Origin: Guillardia theta CCMP2712
Taxonomy: Eukaryota; Protista; Cryptophyta
DNA: 64,000 bases
Assembly (NCBI RefSeq): GCF_000315625.1
Contig: NW_005434565.1
Span: 164,521-228,520, forward strand
Reading direction: 5' to 3'
Shown here: piece after piece, positions 62,444 to 64,000 of the stretch
Position numbering within the stretch: the first letter of the stretch is position 1
How the letters are laid out: each line of letters begins with the position of its first letter
Made by a program: the position numbers and the translations under genes
Notes under the pieces: generated by a model
Seen by the model: only the letters and a program-made list of their open reading frames with translations
What the model was told of the DNA's origin: nothing
Database searches by the model: none

Positions 62444-62466
62444 TTTTTGGTGGATGGTTGTACAAA

Positions 62467-62760
62467 TGAAACATTGCCCTGGAGCTGATGAGCATACAGG
62501 ATGTACTATCTCGGGGAGATTGGAGAGCTCTCTTATGCGTTCGAGGCATACGTGTTCAAACTAGATGACGTGCTTCGGCAATTCGGCATACAAGAGACCG
62601 ACAAGGGATGCATAAAGAGCCACACGCTCTCTGTGGGTGATGAGAAAATAGATTTCATCGAGTACCATGTTTATGATCTCAGCACAACGGTATTAGAGCA
62701 TACGGGACAGCCTTGGAAGGGTCTTCTAGAGTGTTGCGAATGGATGCTTTGTTCTAGCAA
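62467..62760 (+). pseudogene. Second degenerate Bro-N-like ORF, divergent from the first and probably frameshifted at its 5' end
   Basis: YVFKLDDVLRQFGI...IDFIEYHVYDL, a weak resemblance only. Confidence 0.3.
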
Positions 62761-63755
62761 AATCTGCTGCAATACTCGGGCACATCCGTCCTCCCTTTTA
62801 CTGCCATCCTCTTGGCTCTCTCCGACAGCCTTGGTATCTCCTCCTCCATAAGCTCATGGTACTCGTCATAGGGCATGTACCCATGCGTATCGCGTATCTC
62901 CTGCTTGAATTCTGTGATCAGCCTGTTCATGATTCTCTTGTACTTCGTTCTGGTGAAGAAGTAGTTCATCTGCATCATTGTTGTCACAACCTCATCAATG
63001 TCATTTCTCTTGCCACTGATGTAGTCTGAGCACACGGCGGAGTCATCCCTCAGTGCTAGGCCCCTCTCTGCCAATCTCTGCACGAGCATCTCCTTCCTGT
63101 CTTGTCTTGCCGACCTCTCCCTGTCCTCTTTCTCCTTGGCTGCCCTGACCATTCCGACAGCAGCCTCGATGTCATCCATCTTGTTGTTGATGTACATATC
63201 ACAGGCCTCTGTGCTGTGCTGCATTAACAGCCCCTCCTGTGACAATCTCTGGACCAGGTCCTCTGTCCTTTGCCTGACAGCTTCCGCCTTGTTCCTCTTG
63301 GTATCTCGCAATCTAAGTATCCGTTGCTCCTTCTTCGTTAAGAACTCTTGCAGCCTGGTAGTCCCACCATGCTTGATGAGAACGAACTCTGTCACCTCGG
63401 GCAGATAGAAGAACCTGCATGACTTTCTGTAGCGCCTTATGTACAACCAAGAAACGGTGAGATTGGACAGGTCATTATCGTTCAGGTTCCATTGCCTCTT
63501 GCATTCTGTGGCGGATATTGTCCTGCCCTCGATACACTTGCCGCAGAGCCCGAAGGCATTGGAGGCAAGGGGCTTGCGGTTGCAAGAGCGGCACGTTTTG
63601 CCACCGTACTCCCTCCGGGTGAACCTGCACCTGCTCCAGACGTTGCATTCCTCTATGCATTGATTGAGCTCCTTGCACACAACCTTCAGCTTGCAAAGAG
63701 AGAAGGCGCTGTGGGCGTTGTGATGTAGCAAGAACATGTTCAATATTACATGCAT
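62754..63755 (-). CDS. Intronless F-box-like / C4 zinc-finger / XPA-C-like protein with a duplicated C-terminal helical motif
   Basis: Likely start is the ATG at 63755 (333 aa). F-box-like SLCKLKVVCKELN..VW; CRSC..CGKC; XPA-C-like ISATECKRQWNLNDNDL..FYLPEV..VLIKHGG; two copies of LVQRL..EGL/RGL...C..YI..K.DDI/DID. Confidence 0.7.
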   Translation of the reverse strand: MHVILNMFLLHHNAHSAFSLCKLKVVCKELNQCIEECNVWSRCRFTRREYGGKTCRSCNRKPLASNAFGLCGKCIEGRTISATECKRQWNLNDNDLSNLTVSWLYIRRYRKSCRFFYLPEVTEFVLIKHGGTTRLQEFLTKKEQRILRLRDTKRNKAEAVRQRTEDLVQRLSQEGLLMQHSTEACDMYINNKMDDIEAAVGMVRAAKEKEDRERSARQDRKEMLVQRLAERGLALRDDSAVCSDYISGKRNDIDEVVTTMMQMNYFFTRTKYKRIMNRLITEFKQEIRDTHGYMPYDEYHELMEEEIPRLSERAKRMAVKGRTDVPEYCSRFC

Positions 63756-63767
63756 TGCGGTATACTT

Positions 63768-63880
63768 TTTGGCGCCAAGAAAAAGTTTGTGGCTCCCCTT
63801 CCACTCCCTTGAAAAGCCCGCCAAGAAAAGTTTGTGGCTCTCCCTACCACCATAAAAGCCCGCCAAGAAAAGTTTGTGGG
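63768..63880. promoter_or_regulatory. Three direct repeats of CGCCAAGAAAA(A)GTTTGTGG with E2F-like cores, upstream of the F-box/XPA-like gene
   Basis: Copies at 63773-63795, 63812-63840 and 63854-63880. TTTGGCGC at 63768-63775, and TTGGCGGG on the - strand in copies 2 and 3. Confidence 0.6.
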
Positions 63881-64000
63881 TATCGTAACCATGCTCCTCC
63901 CGTGTCGCCATTCTCAATCTCCCCGAAGGAGGGAACGAGGAAGCGAGGGAGCGAGAGAGCGAGAGAGGGAGGGAGGGAGGGAGGGAGGGAGGAGGAGGAG

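Noticed and set aside
63773-63880. CRISPR-like repeat-spacer pattern
   Set aside because: Only three units with spacers under ~25 bp, a eukaryotic context and no cas genes. Treated as a regulatory repeat.
1-64000. tRNA, rRNA or autonomous transposase/RT genes
   Set aside because: None recognised by eye. tRNAscan-SE, Infernal and RepeatMasker would be needed to exclude them formally.

Overview
Gene-dense, intron-rich eukaryotic nuclear DNA. It has many ~45-55 nt GT-AG introns, longer introns filled with microsatellites, and three assembly gaps. The style fits a cryptophyte alga such as Guillardia or Hanusia, which is an inference. Most short ORFs in the six-frame track are artefacts of intronic simple repeats. 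Hand-splicing gives about 15 host genes: DNA polymerase epsilon subunit B (with a C-terminal NLS/PIP-box tail), a coiled-coil+PDZ protein, CAF1 deadenylase, a short chorein-N/VPS13-family protein, a PX-PDZ-SH3-SAM adaptor, a PH + single-domain cation channel + EF-hand protein, a NEK-type kinase, a 52-aa ejectisin/Tri-like microprotein missed by the ORF track, a peptide:N-glycanase with a leader peptide, a PLAT/EF-hand/SAM protein, CDK8 and several hypotheticals. The last ~3 kb (60.9-63.9 kb) looks different. It is a tightly packed, mostly intronless, CpG-poor cassette with two degenerate Bro-N-like ORFs, a TCP11-like fragment and an intact F-box/Zn-finger/XPA-like gene behind triple repeats with E2F-like sites. 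It looks like a decaying virus-derived or mobile insert. Intergenic DNA shows a recurring grammar: oriented GGGGT clusters, purine tracts, splice acceptors just before the ATG, and GC-rich palindromic cores. All domain calls come from motif recognition by eye, and exon boundaries are approximate unless stated.
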